Shown here one piece after another: positions 1 through 8,798 of a stretch of DNA of 64,000 nucleotides. Under the pieces are notes generated by a model. It saw only the letters and a program-made list of their open reading frames with translations, was not told the DNA's origin and made no database searches. The first letter of the stretch is position 1; every line of letters starts with the position of its first letter. Source of the stretch: Methanobacteriota archaeon (GTDB taxonomy: Archaea; Thermoplasmatota; Thermoplasmata; RBG-16-68-12; JAJISG01); contig JAUVFR010000006.1 in the NCBI GenBank assembly GCA_030594205.1, positions 629-64,628 on the forward strand. Direction: 5' to 3'. A program made the position numbers and the translations under genes.

Positions 1-1192
1 ACTTGCCAAAGGTCGCGAAGACGGAACCATAGGAACCCGGCGCGATGAGTGGGAGGAGCCAGTCCTGAAGGCCGGCGATGGTGGAGGTATAGAAGGCGAT
101 GCCCCCGATCGGGGTGGTGGGTTGGATGGTACCACTTAGCACGAGTGGATCATTCGGGCTGGGGTAGGCCCCCAACCAGTACTGACCGCCTAAAAGCGGC
201 CACTCGGGGTGTTGCCAGAAGAGGAGGGAAAACATGCTGATGTTGGCCAGGATGGCCGCCACGAAGATGACGGGCAAGACGGAAGCGTAGATCAGCTTGA
301 TGGGATAGCGCCCTCGGGCCCCGCGGGCCCCTCCATGGGCCAGGGGGAGCTCTATGCGTGTGGATTCGAAGAAGGCCACGAAGAGGAAGATGACCACCGT
401 CGCCACGAGGGCGATGAGGGGGTTCGGTTCCTGGAGCAGGATGACCTCGTAGCCTCCGCCCATGATCTCTTGGGCGCTCATGGTGTTCAGGAAGTACACG
501 GTCTTCGGCACGGTGCCCACGGGGACGGCGCTGCCGGCCTGGGAGGGCATCCAGTTGAACGTCCCGGTGAAGACGGCCTGGGCCACCCCGGCGGCGATGA
601 AGAGGGAAATCCCACTCCCGATTCCCCACTTAGAGACCACTTCGTCCATCAAGAAGATGAGGTAGCTCCCGACGAAGAGCTGGGCGATGATGAGGATGTT
701 CGCCAAGAGGAGGCCGTTCCCGGCGACGAAGCCGTCCAACGCCATCACGAAGCCGGCCGAAGGTCGCAGGAAGCCGAACACCTGGGGAACGGACTCGACC
801 ACGATCATGACGAGGACGAGGAGCTTCTGGGTCCCCTGGTAGATGGCCTTGTCTTCCTCATTCCGGAGATCGAGGCGGATGATCTTTGCGCCTACGAAGA
901 GTTGCAGAATGATGGACGCCGTAACGATGGGTCCGATCCCTAAGTGGACAAGAGAACCCTGGGCCCCCGCCAAGATGGCGCGCAGGCTCGCGAAGAAGTC
1001 CAGGACCTGGGTTCGATCCAGGCCGTAGATGAAGGTGTTAGTGAGAACGAAATAGATGACCAGGATCAGCAGGACCCAGAGCATCTTCGTCCGAAAATGG
1101 ACGTGTCCCTCCGGTCGCGTCACGGCCGGCAGGCGGTCCGTGATGGGCTGTAGCTTGTAGAGGAAGCTCTTCCCTTCCGACCTGCCGAACAC
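1..1192 (-). CDS. secY: Preprotein translocase SecY/Sec61alpha (3' end runs off window)
   Basis: Hand translation from GTG at 1192: MFGRSEGKSFLYKLQPITDRLPAV...LGIGPIVTASIILQLFVG...RYPIKLIYASVLPVI; follows uL15 as in the spc operon; absent from the ORF track because it has no stop in the window. Confidence 0.96.
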   Translation of the reverse strand, partial: MFGRSEGKSFLYKLQPITDRLPAVTRPEGHVHFRTKMLWVLLILVIYFVLTNTFIYGLDRTQVLDFFASLRAILAGAQGSLVHLGIGPIVTASIILQLFVGAKIIRLDLRNEEDKAIYQGTQKLLVLVMIVVESVPQVFGFLRPSAGFVMALDGFVAGNGLLLANILIIAQLFVGSYLIFLMDEVVSKWGIGSGISLFIAAGVAQAVFTGTFNWMPSQAGSAVPVGTVPKTVYFLNTMSAQEIMGGGYEVILLQEPNPLIALVATVVIFLFVAFFESTRIELPLAHGGARGARGRYPIKLIYASVLPVIFVAAILANISMFSLLFWQHPEWPLLGGQYWLGAYPSPNDPLVLSGTIQPTTPIGGIAFYTSTIAGLQDWLLPLIAPGSYGSVFATFGK

Positions 1193-1195
1193 GGC

Positions 1196-1630
1196 CTATT
1201 CCTCTTCTTCTTGGGGGACGACCTGGCCCCCCGCCGCCTCGACCTTCTGGACCGCCTTGGGCGTGGCGGCGGAAACCGCCACCGTGAGGGGGATGCCGAC
1301 GGTGCCTCGACCCAAAAGCTTGGCGTAGCCGGCAGCCTGCAGGTCGACGCGGTAGCCCTTTCCTACCTTCTTGGCCACGCCCCGTTCGACGAACCCATCC
1401 AAGGCGTTTTCGAGGGCCTCCAGGTTGATCGTCCTTATGGTGCCGGGGGAAGCCGCGTGCCTCTTAAAGCCATATGGCCCAAAGTGCCCCGGATCGTACT
1501 TCACAACCCACTTCCACTTGTGTTTCAGCAGCCCGGCCTGGCCGTGGCCGCCCCGCTTCCCCTTGCCCCGACCGGCCTTCTGCCCGCGGCCGTGAGTCCG
1601 ATGACCCCGCTTCTTCCGCGTGCGCCCCAT
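1196..1630 (-). CDS. rpl15: 50S ribosomal protein uL15
   Basis: RGHRTHGRG...GKRGGHGQAG, KLLGRG motifs; operon position. Confidence 0.96.
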   Translation of the reverse strand: MGRTRKKRGHRTHGRGQKAGRGKGKRGGHGQAGLLKHKWKWVVKYDPGHFGPYGFKRHAASPGTIRTINLEALENALDGFVERGVAKKVGKGYRVDLQAAGYAKLLGRGTVGIPLTVAVSAATPKAVQKVEAAGGQVVPQEEEE

Positions 1631-1634
1631 TCAG

Positions 1635-2099
1635 TCACCCCATCATGCGTAAGAGGAGCTCGTTGATGGCCGGGCCTCGGTTCCCCAGCGCGCCGCCCTC
1701 CCGATAGGATCGCTTCACGCCGCCATAGCCTTTCCGCGGGGGACTCAAGCGAAAGACCGGCTTCACGTCGTCCAGGCGTTGCAGGTCCGCCTGCCCCTGC
1801 AGGACGGCCTCCGCCAAGGCGGCGATGGAATCGTACCCCATCTCCCGGACGTGGGTCTCCGTCAGTGGGGCGCCACCCACCCGTCGTCCGCGAGCCGCGA
1901 GGAGTTGGGCGAGGACTTCCCCATCCACCTCGCCCCAGGTGATGTAGTCCTTCGCCTTCACGAGCATCCCCATGTAGGTGTCCCGCGGGGGGAGAACCAC
2001 GCAGTGGTTGGGGCGGTGGAGACGCAACATCCCCAGGGTGTCTGCGATGTCGCCTCGGACCCGAATGCCCCCGCGTACCCGGACCGCGGCAACGCTCAC
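1635..2099 (-). CDS. rpl30: 50S ribosomal protein uL30 (archaeal long form)
   Basis: AVRVRG...DTLGMLRL...YITWGE...FRLSPPRKG. Confidence 0.96.
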   Translation of the reverse strand: MSVAAVRVRGGIRVRGDIADTLGMLRLHRPNHCVVLPPRDTYMGMLVKAKDYITWGEVDGEVLAQLLAARGRRVGGAPLTETHVREMGYDSIAALAEAVLQGQADLQRLDDVKPVFRLSPPRKGYGGVKRSYREGGALGNRGPAINELLLRMMG

Positions 2100-2962
2100 T
2101 CCGCCTTCCCTCCTTCCTTCTCGGAGGGCTTCGACGCGTCTGCGGGGGAGCCTTCGCCCTCAACGGTCGCCTCCGCTTCGGACTTCCCCTCCGCCTTGGG
2201 CAGCGCCGCCGCCGCCGCGGTAGCCGCGGCTTGGGCCTTCAGCTCGGCAAGATTGATCTCGAAAGCGGCCACGGGTCCCGAGAGGATGTGGAGGCGGGCC
2301 GCTTGTTCCGGGGTCACCTTGTACTCCATGGTCTGCCGCAGGGCGTCGGCGGCGGCGAAGGCGTAGTTCACCGTCGTCTTCGTGTGACCCCGAGCGAACC
2401 CCCATGCGTCTTTGATGCCCGAGAGGCGCACGATGCTCTTTACTACGCCCGCCAGGGCCAGTCCGATGCCCTGAGGCGCGGGCTTCAGCGTCAGCTCGAC
2501 CGACCCGCTGCGGCCGACGACCTTGAAGGGGAGGGTGTGGGGGGTGAAGCAGCCGCACTCCCAGGAGCCGCAACCGCGCTTGACCTCAATCATGTTCAAC
2601 TTGGCGTGATCGATGGTCTTGCGGATTGCGGGCCCGACCTCGCGGCCGCGAAGTCTGCCCACGCCCACGTACCCGTCGTTGTTGCCCACCACGACCGTGA
2701 TGACGAAGCCGATGCGCCGCCCCGAGTCGGTCATCCGTTGGACCATGTTGACATCAAGGACTTCGTCGGCGAGCTCCGGCAGCAGGAAGTCTACAATCTC
2801 GTGTTCCCGGAGTGGAAGGCCGGAGCGAAGTGCCTGGCCCATCGTGGTGATTTCGCCTCGAAGCACGCGTTTTCCAAGTCCCGTCTTGGGCAACCATTCG
2901 TCGAGTCGGTCCCATGGACCCGCCCGACTTCTTGGAGGCGGTCCTCTTCTCCGTCGTCTCAC
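2096..2962 (-). CDS. rps5: 30S ribosomal protein uS5 with Ala/Glu-rich C-terminal tail
   Basis: WLPKTGLG, VQRMTDSGRR, RGCGSWEC, TTVNYA motifs. Confidence 0.96.
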   Translation of the reverse strand: MRRRRRGPPPRSRAGPWDRLDEWLPKTGLGKRVLRGEITTMGQALRSGLPLREHEIVDFLLPELADEVLDVNMVQRMTDSGRRIGFVITVVVGNNDGYVGVGRLRGREVGPAIRKTIDHAKLNMIEVKRGCGSWECGCFTPHTLPFKVVGRSGSVELTLKPAPQGIGLALAGVVKSIVRLSGIKDAWGFARGHTKTTVNYAFAAADALRQTMEYKVTPEQAARLHILSGPVAAFEINLAELKAQAAATAAAAALPKAEGKSEAEATVEGEGSPADASKPSEKEGGKAE

Positions 2963-3459
2963 GTCGCTTCCACCTTTGCCTTGATTTCGTCCACCGACGG
3001 CGCGGGCACCGTTCCCAGGTGTTCTCCACGACGGCGGGCCTCATCCGGGACGACCTTGTCGTCACCGGGGACCTCGACCCCCGCGTCTCGTACCCCCTGG
3101 AGGGCGGCGAAGACACGGCTTCCCCGGGTCGGAGGATGAAGGCCAATGTCCGCCACGGCCTCCTTGACCTTCGCCGCCTTAGCGCGTCGACCTGCGAGGT
3201 AGCCCGTCAGATAGGCCGCGGATACGTTTCCGGTGTGGCCCTTCCATTCGAACTTGCGGAGCTCCCGGGCCGTCGCCGAGGCCAGGACCTGATCCCCGGT
3301 CAATCGAAACTGGATGAATTGGACGATGGTTTCGGACAGCGTCTTGCGAATGACAAGGCGTGGCTTCTCTGACTTGAGAAGGGCGAGGCGCCGCCGATAA
3401 TTGGTTTGCCCCTGGCGCCGACGTCGGAAGGGCACGTGCTGACGGGGACCCCGGGTCAT
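2959..3459 (-). CDS. rpl18: 50S ribosomal protein uL18
   Basis: MTRGPRQHVPFRRRRQGQTNYRRRL, NVSAAYLTG; ATG at 3459 overlaps the eL19 stop. Confidence 0.95.
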   Translation of the reverse strand: MTRGPRQHVPFRRRRQGQTNYRRRLALLKSEKPRLVIRKTLSETIVQFIQFRLTGDQVLASATARELRKFEWKGHTGNVSAAYLTGYLAGRRAKAAKVKEAVADIGLHPPTRGSRVFAALQGVRDAGVEVPGDDKVVPDEARRRGEHLGTVPAPSVDEIKAKVEAT

Positions 3460-3914
3460 TTGCCCTCCTGCCGCAGGACGTCTTCGGCCTGCAACTGCTG
3501 CTCCAAGTGACTTCGGCTGCGATACATTCCTCCCTTCGCACGGAGGTAGAATCGGCGGTAGTCTCTCGGCGCCAGTCGCCCATTGACACGATGCCGCTTC
3601 AGCGTGTCCCGCTGGGCTCGAATCGTGCGCATCCATCGGCGCTTCTTGGGGTCTCGCGCGCCGTGAGCCCCCTTTCGACGACCTGGGCCCCGCCGCCGTC
3701 CTTTCCGGCGCTGGCGCGCATTGTAGCGTGTCCGCCCCCGGGACTGGCCGGCGACGGGCAACCTCCGGACGAGGCCAGCTGAAATGACGGCACGGACGTC
3801 GTCGCGGGTGATGGCATCGGCGACATCCTCCATGCGATTGGGGTCGATCCAGACCCGATGGGCCCCGCACTTGAGGATACTCGCGGCCATGCGGCGCTGG
3901 TTGCTCAGGTTCAC
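3456..3914 (-). CDS. rpl19e: 50S ribosomal protein eL19
   Basis: GTG start, NLSNQRRMAASILKCG..RVWIDP, GRRRGPGRRKG, W.RTIRAQR. Confidence 0.95.
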   Translation of the reverse strand: MNLSNQRRMAASILKCGAHRVWIDPNRMEDVADAITRDDVRAVISAGLVRRLPVAGQSRGRTRYNARQRRKGRRRGPGRRKGAHGARDPKKRRWMRTIRAQRDTLKRHRVNGRLAPRDYRRFYLRAKGGMYRSRSHLEQQLQAEDVLRQEGK

Positions 3915-4537
3915 TCGACCACCCGATTGAGAATCCGAACGCCCAGCTCGTCGGCCCGCTCCTGGATGGAGACCCGCTTCCGAGTGCCGACGGAATGGGC
4001 AATCCGCGCGGCCTGTCTCTCCGGGTTGAGGCCCTCTAAGTCGGCAGGTCGATGGATGAGGACCTCTTGGAACCCGGATGGGTGGAGGCCTCGCACCCCA
4101 CGGGGGCCGCGGTGACCCGACGAGGGCATGGCGGGTCGATAGCCCAGGTGTCTCCGAAGCTTGGAGTGGTGTCCGCGGGGACGCCTCCATGCGCGTCCGA
4201 GCCGTTTGTATCGGAACCACTCCTGTCGGCGAAAGGCAGGGCGATGCGCGCGCCGGGTGGCCCGCTCCACCAAGAGGGCCTTGGTCCCCTCGGAAAGCAC
4301 GGGCTTGGCCCGGGCCACGTAGACTCTCTCCTCCAAGATTTCCATGTCTTCTTCGAGCTCCTCGATGGGCTCCTCGGCGGCCTCTCCCTCGGCCTCGATG
4401 TGAGCGAGGAGCCGCTCCCGGAGATCTGCCACCAGCCCTTCGTCATCCAAGTCATACTTCCGGGCCCACGCCTGGAGCTCGGCCTTGCGCGCCTTGTGGA
4501 TCTCGGTCCGCGTCGGGAAGTCCTGGTCTCTGGCCAT
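3911..4537 (-). CDS. rpl32e: 50S ribosomal protein eL32 with N-terminal SAP-like extension
   Basis: FRRQEWFRYKRL..WRRPRG.HSK, RGLHPSG motifs; extra ~75 aa at the N-terminus. Confidence 0.95.
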   Translation of the reverse strand: MARDQDFPTRTEIHKARKAELQAWARKYDLDDEGLVADLRERLLAHIEAEGEAAEEPIEELEEDMEILEERVYVARAKPVLSEGTKALLVERATRRAHRPAFRRQEWFRYKRLGRAWRRPRGHHSKLRRHLGYRPAMPSSGHRGPRGVRGLHPSGFQEVLIHRPADLEGLNPERQAARIAHSVGTRKRVSIQERADELGVRILNRVVE

Positions 4538-5080
4538 CTAGGCCTCCCCCTTGCTCACGAGATAAATCCCGTCCTGGAAGACCCGGGGATCCTTACGACG
4601 AATCCGGGTCGCCTGCTCCACATTGGCCGCCGTCTGGCCTACCGCCTCGATATCGGGCCCCTGGATGGTGACGGTGTCTCCCTTCACATCCACACGTGTC
4701 GTCCCCCGGATTTGCGCATGACGGGGATGACGCTCCCCGAGGAAGTTTTCGATGACCACCGCATCTCCCTGGACGGAGACCTTGACCGGGAAGTGGGCAT
4801 AGACCACCCGCATGGTGTAGGTGAAGCCCTCCGTCACTCCACGCACCATGTTCTGGATGTGGGAGGCGAACGTCCCCGCGAGGGCCTTCTCCCGTTTGCG
4901 GGGAAGGGGACTTTCCACCAAGACCTCGGCGCGCTCCCGGCGCAGCCGGACCCGAGAATCGTCGAGGGAACGCGAGAGGCGGACGTCGCCCTTCTGGACG
5001 GTCACCGTCCCACCCTCAATTTCCACATGGACGCCCTCGGGAATGGGGACTCGCTTCTCCACGATGCCCGTCCGTGTCAT
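4538..5080 (-). CDS. rpl6: 50S ribosomal protein uL6
   Basis: YAHFP, NFLGE, KDPRVFQDGIY. Confidence 0.97.
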   Translation of the reverse strand: MTRTGIVEKRVPIPEGVHVEIEGGTVTVQKGDVRLSRSLDDSRVRLRRERAEVLVESPLPRKREKALAGTFASHIQNMVRGVTEGFTYTMRVVYAHFPVKVSVQGDAVVIENFLGERHPRHAQIRGTTRVDVKGDTVTIQGPDIEAVGQTAANVEQATRIRRKDPRVFQDGIYLVSKGEA

Positions 5081-5087
5081 GTTCTCC

Positions 5088-5477
5088 TCAGTAGCAATAC
5101 GCCAATAGGCGCCCGCCGATCCCCGCCACCTTGGCCTGGGAGTGGGTCAGGACGCCCTGCGTGGTGGTCAAGATCAAGACTCCGAAGTCCTGGGCGGGCA
5201 GGAATCGGGACTCGTACTTCTGCAGGTCCGTCCGCTTGACGGCGAACCGTGGCTTGATGACCCCGCAGTCGTTCACGTTGCCGGACAGCCGGACTTCGTA
5301 GGCGCCGCCTCGCCCGTCCTCTTGGTAGGTGAAGTCCCCCACATAGCCGTTCTCCTGCATGACCCGCAGCACGCGTGCCACGAGCTTGGAAGCGGGTCGA
5401 AGGGTGACCATCGGCTTCCCGCTCCCTTCGGCGTTCTTGATGGTCGCCAGCGCGTCGTTCAGGAGGTCGTGTCGCAT
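5088..5477 (-). CDS. rps8: 30S ribosomal protein uS8
   Basis: MRHDLLNDAL..IKNAE, EDGRGG, GVIKPRF, IGGRLLAY. Confidence 0.96.
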   Translation of the reverse strand: MRHDLLNDALATIKNAEGSGKPMVTLRPASKLVARVLRVMQENGYVGDFTYQEDGRGGAYEVRLSGNVNDCGVIKPRFAVKRTDLQKYESRFLPAQDFGVLILTTTQGVLTHSQAKVAGIGGRLLAYCY

Positions 5478-5485
5478 GGGTTCAC

Positions 5486-5635
5486 CTAGGAGTACTTCCG
5501 GAAGCCCAGCTCGAAGGCGATCTCCCGGAAACACTGGCGGCAGAGGTGGATCCCGTAGCGTCGGACAATCCCGCGCTTCCGACCGCATCGCTTGCACCCC
5601 TGTTTGTGCCCGAAGGCACCTCGAGGGCCAGTCAT
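5486..5635 (-). CDS. rps14: 30S ribosomal protein uS14 (zinc-binding, 49 aa)
   Basis: Hand translation: [49 protein letters not shown]; below the ORF-track length cutoff. Confidence 0.96.
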   Translation of the reverse strand: MTGPRGAFGHKQGCKRCGRKRGIVRRYGIHLCRQCFREIAFELGFRKYS

Positions 5636-5636
5636 G

Positions 5637-6146
5637 TTAGCCCTTCACCTCCACCTCGTAGCGCCCGGTCACGTAGTCTACCGCCTCCTGCGGGGTCGTC
5701 CGGTGCCGGTGCGGGATACGCCGCCGCCGGACCCGACGCCGGGCCACCCGGTACCCGGGCCGACGGAGCGTCACGCTGACGTCCATGCCGAAGAGTCCGA
5801 TGTCGGGGTCGTACCTCACCCCCTTGAAGTCGGTGTAGTCGGCAACGCCGAACGAGAAGTTGCCTTGGCGGTCGAAGGTGTAGCGGAACAGGATGTTGTT
5901 GCGGGCGTAGAAGGCCTCCCTAAGGAAACGGTCGGCCCGCTCGCCCCGCAGGGTGACCTTCGCCCCGATGGGCATGCCCTGCCGGATACCGAAGTCGCGG
6001 TTGGTGCTCTTGGAGAGGGTCTGGATCGCTTTCTGACCCGTCAGGCTCTCCAACACCTTCTGGGCGCGTAGAAGCTTGTCGCCGGCCTCCCCCACGCCGA
6101 TGTTGATAACGACCTTGTCGATCTGCACCTCCCGCATCGGGTTCAT
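5637..6146 (-). CDS. rpl5: 50S ribosomal protein uL5
   Basis: [38 protein letters not shown]. Confidence 0.97.
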   Translation of the reverse strand: MNPMREVQIDKVVINIGVGEAGDKLLRAQKVLESLTGQKAIQTLSKSTNRDFGIRQGMPIGAKVTLRGERADRFLREAFYARNNILFRYTFDRQGNFSFGVADYTDFKGVRYDPDIGLFGMDVSVTLRRPGYRVARRRVRRRRIPHRHRTTPQEAVDYVTGRYEVEVKG

Positions 6147-6153
6147 GAGTACC

Positions 6154-6858
6154 TCACGCCTCCATGCTCTCCGGGAGGGCGATCACGGGCTTCTGCTTCC
6201 CCACCACGAACGCGTAGTCCACGATGCTGGAGAAGCCCTCTTTGAAGCGGACCTGATTGGGACGGGAGCTCCGTTGGACGACGATGTCCTCCACATGCCC
6301 CGTCTGTCCGACGTGCTTGCCCCCGATGAGGAGGGCCACGCCGCCCTTCTTGAGGGGCAACACTTCCTGGATCTCCTGCGAAGGCACCGCGATCTTGAGG
6401 GTGTCCCGCGTCTTGTGGCCGTTCTCCGCGAGGAGGTTGCGGCCGTCGGAGAGGTTATACTGGATGCGGCCCCCCCGGACGACCGTCTTGTTCTCGATCC
6501 GGGCGAGCTTCCAGCCGGCCTCCGCCTCCTGGATGGGCACCAACGCAAAGCGGCCGCGGGTGTCCAGGAGGACCCGGTAATGCTCCCCCACGTCGGGGAG
6601 GGACAGTGTGTCCATAAGCCCCAAGGGGAAGCTGGGATCCCGGACCGCGCGGTTGTCCACGTGGGCCTTTCGGGCCCGGATGACGGCCTTCGCCTCCCGG
6701 GCGTTGTCGGTATACCCGAGCATGTCCCGGAGGACAATGGTGAGGGGGATGCACCGGTGCAGGGGATGGGGCCCTGGTGAGGGGCGGACCGCCCACGTGC
6801 CCGTCTTTCGGGGGATGCTCCACGCTCGCGGAGCTGCGAGGCGTTTGAGCCGGGTCAT
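6154..6858 (-). CDS. rps4e: 30S ribosomal protein eS4
   Basis: LKRLAAPRAW.IPRK..W...PSPGPH, GGKHVG. Confidence 0.96.
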   Translation of the reverse strand: MTRLKRLAAPRAWSIPRKTGTWAVRPSPGPHPLHRCIPLTIVLRDMLGYTDNAREAKAVIRARKAHVDNRAVRDPSFPLGLMDTLSLPDVGEHYRVLLDTRGRFALVPIQEAEAGWKLARIENKTVVRGGRIQYNLSDGRNLLAENGHKTRDTLKIAVPSQEIQEVLPLKKGGVALLIGGKHVGQTGHVEDIVVQRSSRPNQVRFKEGFSSIVDYAFVVGKQKPVIALPESMEA

Positions 6859-7229
6859 GGGCGTCCTCCGGACCGCTCCACGAGGCGTCGCCGCCAGGGG
6901 TCGGTCATGTCGAGGCGGGTAATCCGAAGGTTCGAGGGATGCACGGGGCGCCCCACCTCGGTACCGTCCGCCTTGGCGACTGTGATCCCGTCCACGTAGA
7001 CACGGAAGTGGCGCCGGTCCACGCGAGTCACCTTCCCATCATGGCCTCGCTGCGTTCCTCGCATGATCTGGACTGTGTCTCCCTGGCGTACGGGGAGCGA
7101 CCGCGGGTAGCTCACCTTCGTGTCCTCGAGGTACTTGGGGCTCAGGTGGACGCGGACGAGACGACCGCGGCGGTGGAGGGGGCTCCGGTGCATCCGGCGT
7201 CGCTGCTTTCGGGGCTGTCGGCTTGACAT
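6855..7229 (-). CDS. rpl24: 50S ribosomal protein uL24
   Basis: SRQPRKQR, VRQGDTVQIMRG (KOW), VHPSN. Confidence 0.96.
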   Translation of the reverse strand: MSSRQPRKQRRRMHRSPLHRRGRLVRVHLSPKYLEDTKVSYPRSLPVRQGDTVQIMRGTQRGHDGKVTRVDRRHFRVYVDGITVAKADGTEVGRPVHPSNLRITRLDMTDPWRRRLVERSGGRP

Positions 7230-7237
7230 GCTTCCTC

Positions 7238-7636
7238 CTAGACGATCATGGAGGCCGTGGCCGCGATCCGGGGCCAGCGTTCGGCGGCCTCCCGGGCCAC
7301 AGGGCCCTTGATATCGGACCCCCGGGTCTCCCCGGTCTCCGTCGTGATGACGCAGGCGTTGTCTTCGAACTGTACCATGAGACCGTCCGGCCGGCGGAAG
7401 GGACGTCGCTGGCGGACGACCACGGCGTTCACGACCTGCTTGCGCATCTCGGGGCTTCCTTTCTTTACGCTGCCCACGAAAATGTCCCCCAAGGCGGCGG
7501 CCGGATAGCGGCGGGCGACCCCCTTGTAGTGCAGGACAGAGATGAGTTCCACCTGCTTCGCCCCGGTGTTGTCGATGCAGTCCAGCCGCGCGCCGCGCGG
7601 TAGGCCGCGGGTCTGTCGTCCTGGCAGTCCTTTCAC
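7238..7636 (-). CDS. rpl14: 50S ribosomal protein uL14
   Basis: GTG after GGAGG; [27 protein letters not shown]. Confidence 0.96.
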   Translation of the reverse strand: MKGLPGRQTRGLPRGARLDCIDNTGAKQVELISVLHYKGVARRYPAAALGDIFVGSVKKGSPEMRKQVVNAVVVRQRRPFRRPDGLMVQFEDNACVITTETGETRGSDIKGPVAREAAERWPRIAATASMIV

Positions 7637-7638
7637 CG

Positions 7639-7974
7639 TCAGACCTCCTGTCGGCTCAAGACGACGAAGGCCACCGTCTTTCCAAGGGGGCGGCACTCTC
7701 CGAGGAGAACCCGATCCCCCACGTGGATATCCAAGCAGCCCGGTACGTGGGCCTTGTATCGTGAGCTCCGCTTCTCGAGGCGGTCGTACTTGAGAATTTT
7801 CCGGACGTACTCCCGGCGGACGGTAACGGTGCGGGCCATCTTGTCGGAAACCACCCGGCCCTCGAGGAGCGAGCCTCGGACCTTCAGGTGACCGTGGAAG
7901 GGGCAGCTGGGGTCGTCGCAGGCCCGTTCGGGGGCCGGGACGTCGTATCCGATGTCTTTCGCCCGTTGCGCCAT
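7639..7974 (-). CDS. rps17: 30S ribosomal protein uS17
   Basis: [20 protein letters not shown]. Confidence 0.96.
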   Translation of the reverse strand: MAQRAKDIGYDVPAPERACDDPSCPFHGHLKVRGSLLEGRVVSDKMARTVTVRREYVRKILKYDRLEKRSSRYKAHVPGCLDIHVGDRVLLGECRPLGKTVAFVVLSRQEV

Positions 7975-7978
7975 TTGG

Positions 7979-8248
7979 TCACCTCGCCTTCTTTACCCGG
8001 TCCTCAGGTCGGTACCGCAACCGATCCCCGCGCACGATGATGCCCTCGCCCACGGCGAAACGGAAAGTGTTGCCTGCCTTGGGGACCCGCACCTCCATCC
8101 CGTCCGACTCCACGAGAAGGGTGTTCCTCGTTTCATCCACCACCCGACCCCCTACCTCGCGTTGGTTCGGGTCGGTGGCCTCCACCACCTCCACATCAAG
8201 GCCGATGAGCTCGTGCTTGACCAAGTCCTTCCTTCTCGAATCGTTCAC
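7979..8248 (-). CDS. rnp1: Ribonuclease P protein component 1 (Rpp29)
   Basis: HELIGL.V.V, G.VVDETRNTL, VPK, RPEDR. Confidence 0.93.
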   Translation of the reverse strand: MNDSRRKDLVKHELIGLDVEVVEATDPNQREVGGRVVDETRNTLLVESDGMEVRVPKAGNTFRFAVGEGIIVRGDRLRYRPEDRVKKAR

Positions 8249-8249
8249 C

Positions 8250-8546
8250 TCACGTAATCTCCACGTGGTACCCCAGATCTTGGAGTGTCTGTTCGACCTT
8301 CTTACGGTGTTCGCCCTGCAGTTCGATGCGGCCCTTCTTGACGGTACCGCCTGCCGCCACCTTCGTCTTCAGGGTCCGTGCCAGTTCGTCCAAGTCGACA
8401 TCCCCGGCATCGAGCCCCTCGACGATGGTCACGACCTTGCCGTACCGCCGCCGGTCGCTCGTAATGCGTATCCGTTGGGTCTCCTTGGCGATCTCCTCAC
8501 AGATGCAGATCTCATCAGGGAGCCCGCATGTTGCGCAGATCGCCAT
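8250..8546 (-). CDS. sui1: Translation initiation factor SUI1/aIF1
   Basis: C..CGLP...C.C, RRYGK.VT, GGTVK, IELQG.H. Confidence 0.94.
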   Translation of the reverse strand: MAICATCGLPDEICICEEIAKETQRIRITSDRRRYGKVVTIVEGLDAGDVDLDELARTLKTKVAAGGTVKKGRIELQGEHRKKVEQTLQDLGYHVEIT

Positions 8547-8798
8547 CTAGGCCCTTTCCTCCTCGTTGGTTTCCGTCACGGTTTCCTTCACTCCTTTCGA
8601 TCCTGCCTGTTCAGTAAGGACAGTAAGTACGCGGGAGATGTTCTTCCGAAGGGCCCGGATCTTGCCGGGGCTGGGCGGGGCACCGCCCATGGCGGCCACC
8701 CCCCGCTCGTGCATGAGCTCGTCCCGGAGGTCCTTCAACCGGGACTTCCGTTCTTCGAGAGTCATCTCCCGGATTTCCCGCGTCCTCAGGAGGGCCAT
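8547..8798 (-). CDS. rpl29: 50S ribosomal protein uL29
   Basis: LR..EIREM...PGKIRALRKNISRVLT. Confidence 0.94.
   Translation of the reverse strand: MALLRTREIREMTLEERKSRLKDLRDELMHERGVAAMGGAPPSPGKIRALRKNISRVLTVLTEQAGSKGVKETVTETNEEERA

Noticed and set aside
1-130. Possible frameshift in secY near a G run
   Set aside because: Recounting shows the frame is intact (TTPIGGIAFYTS)
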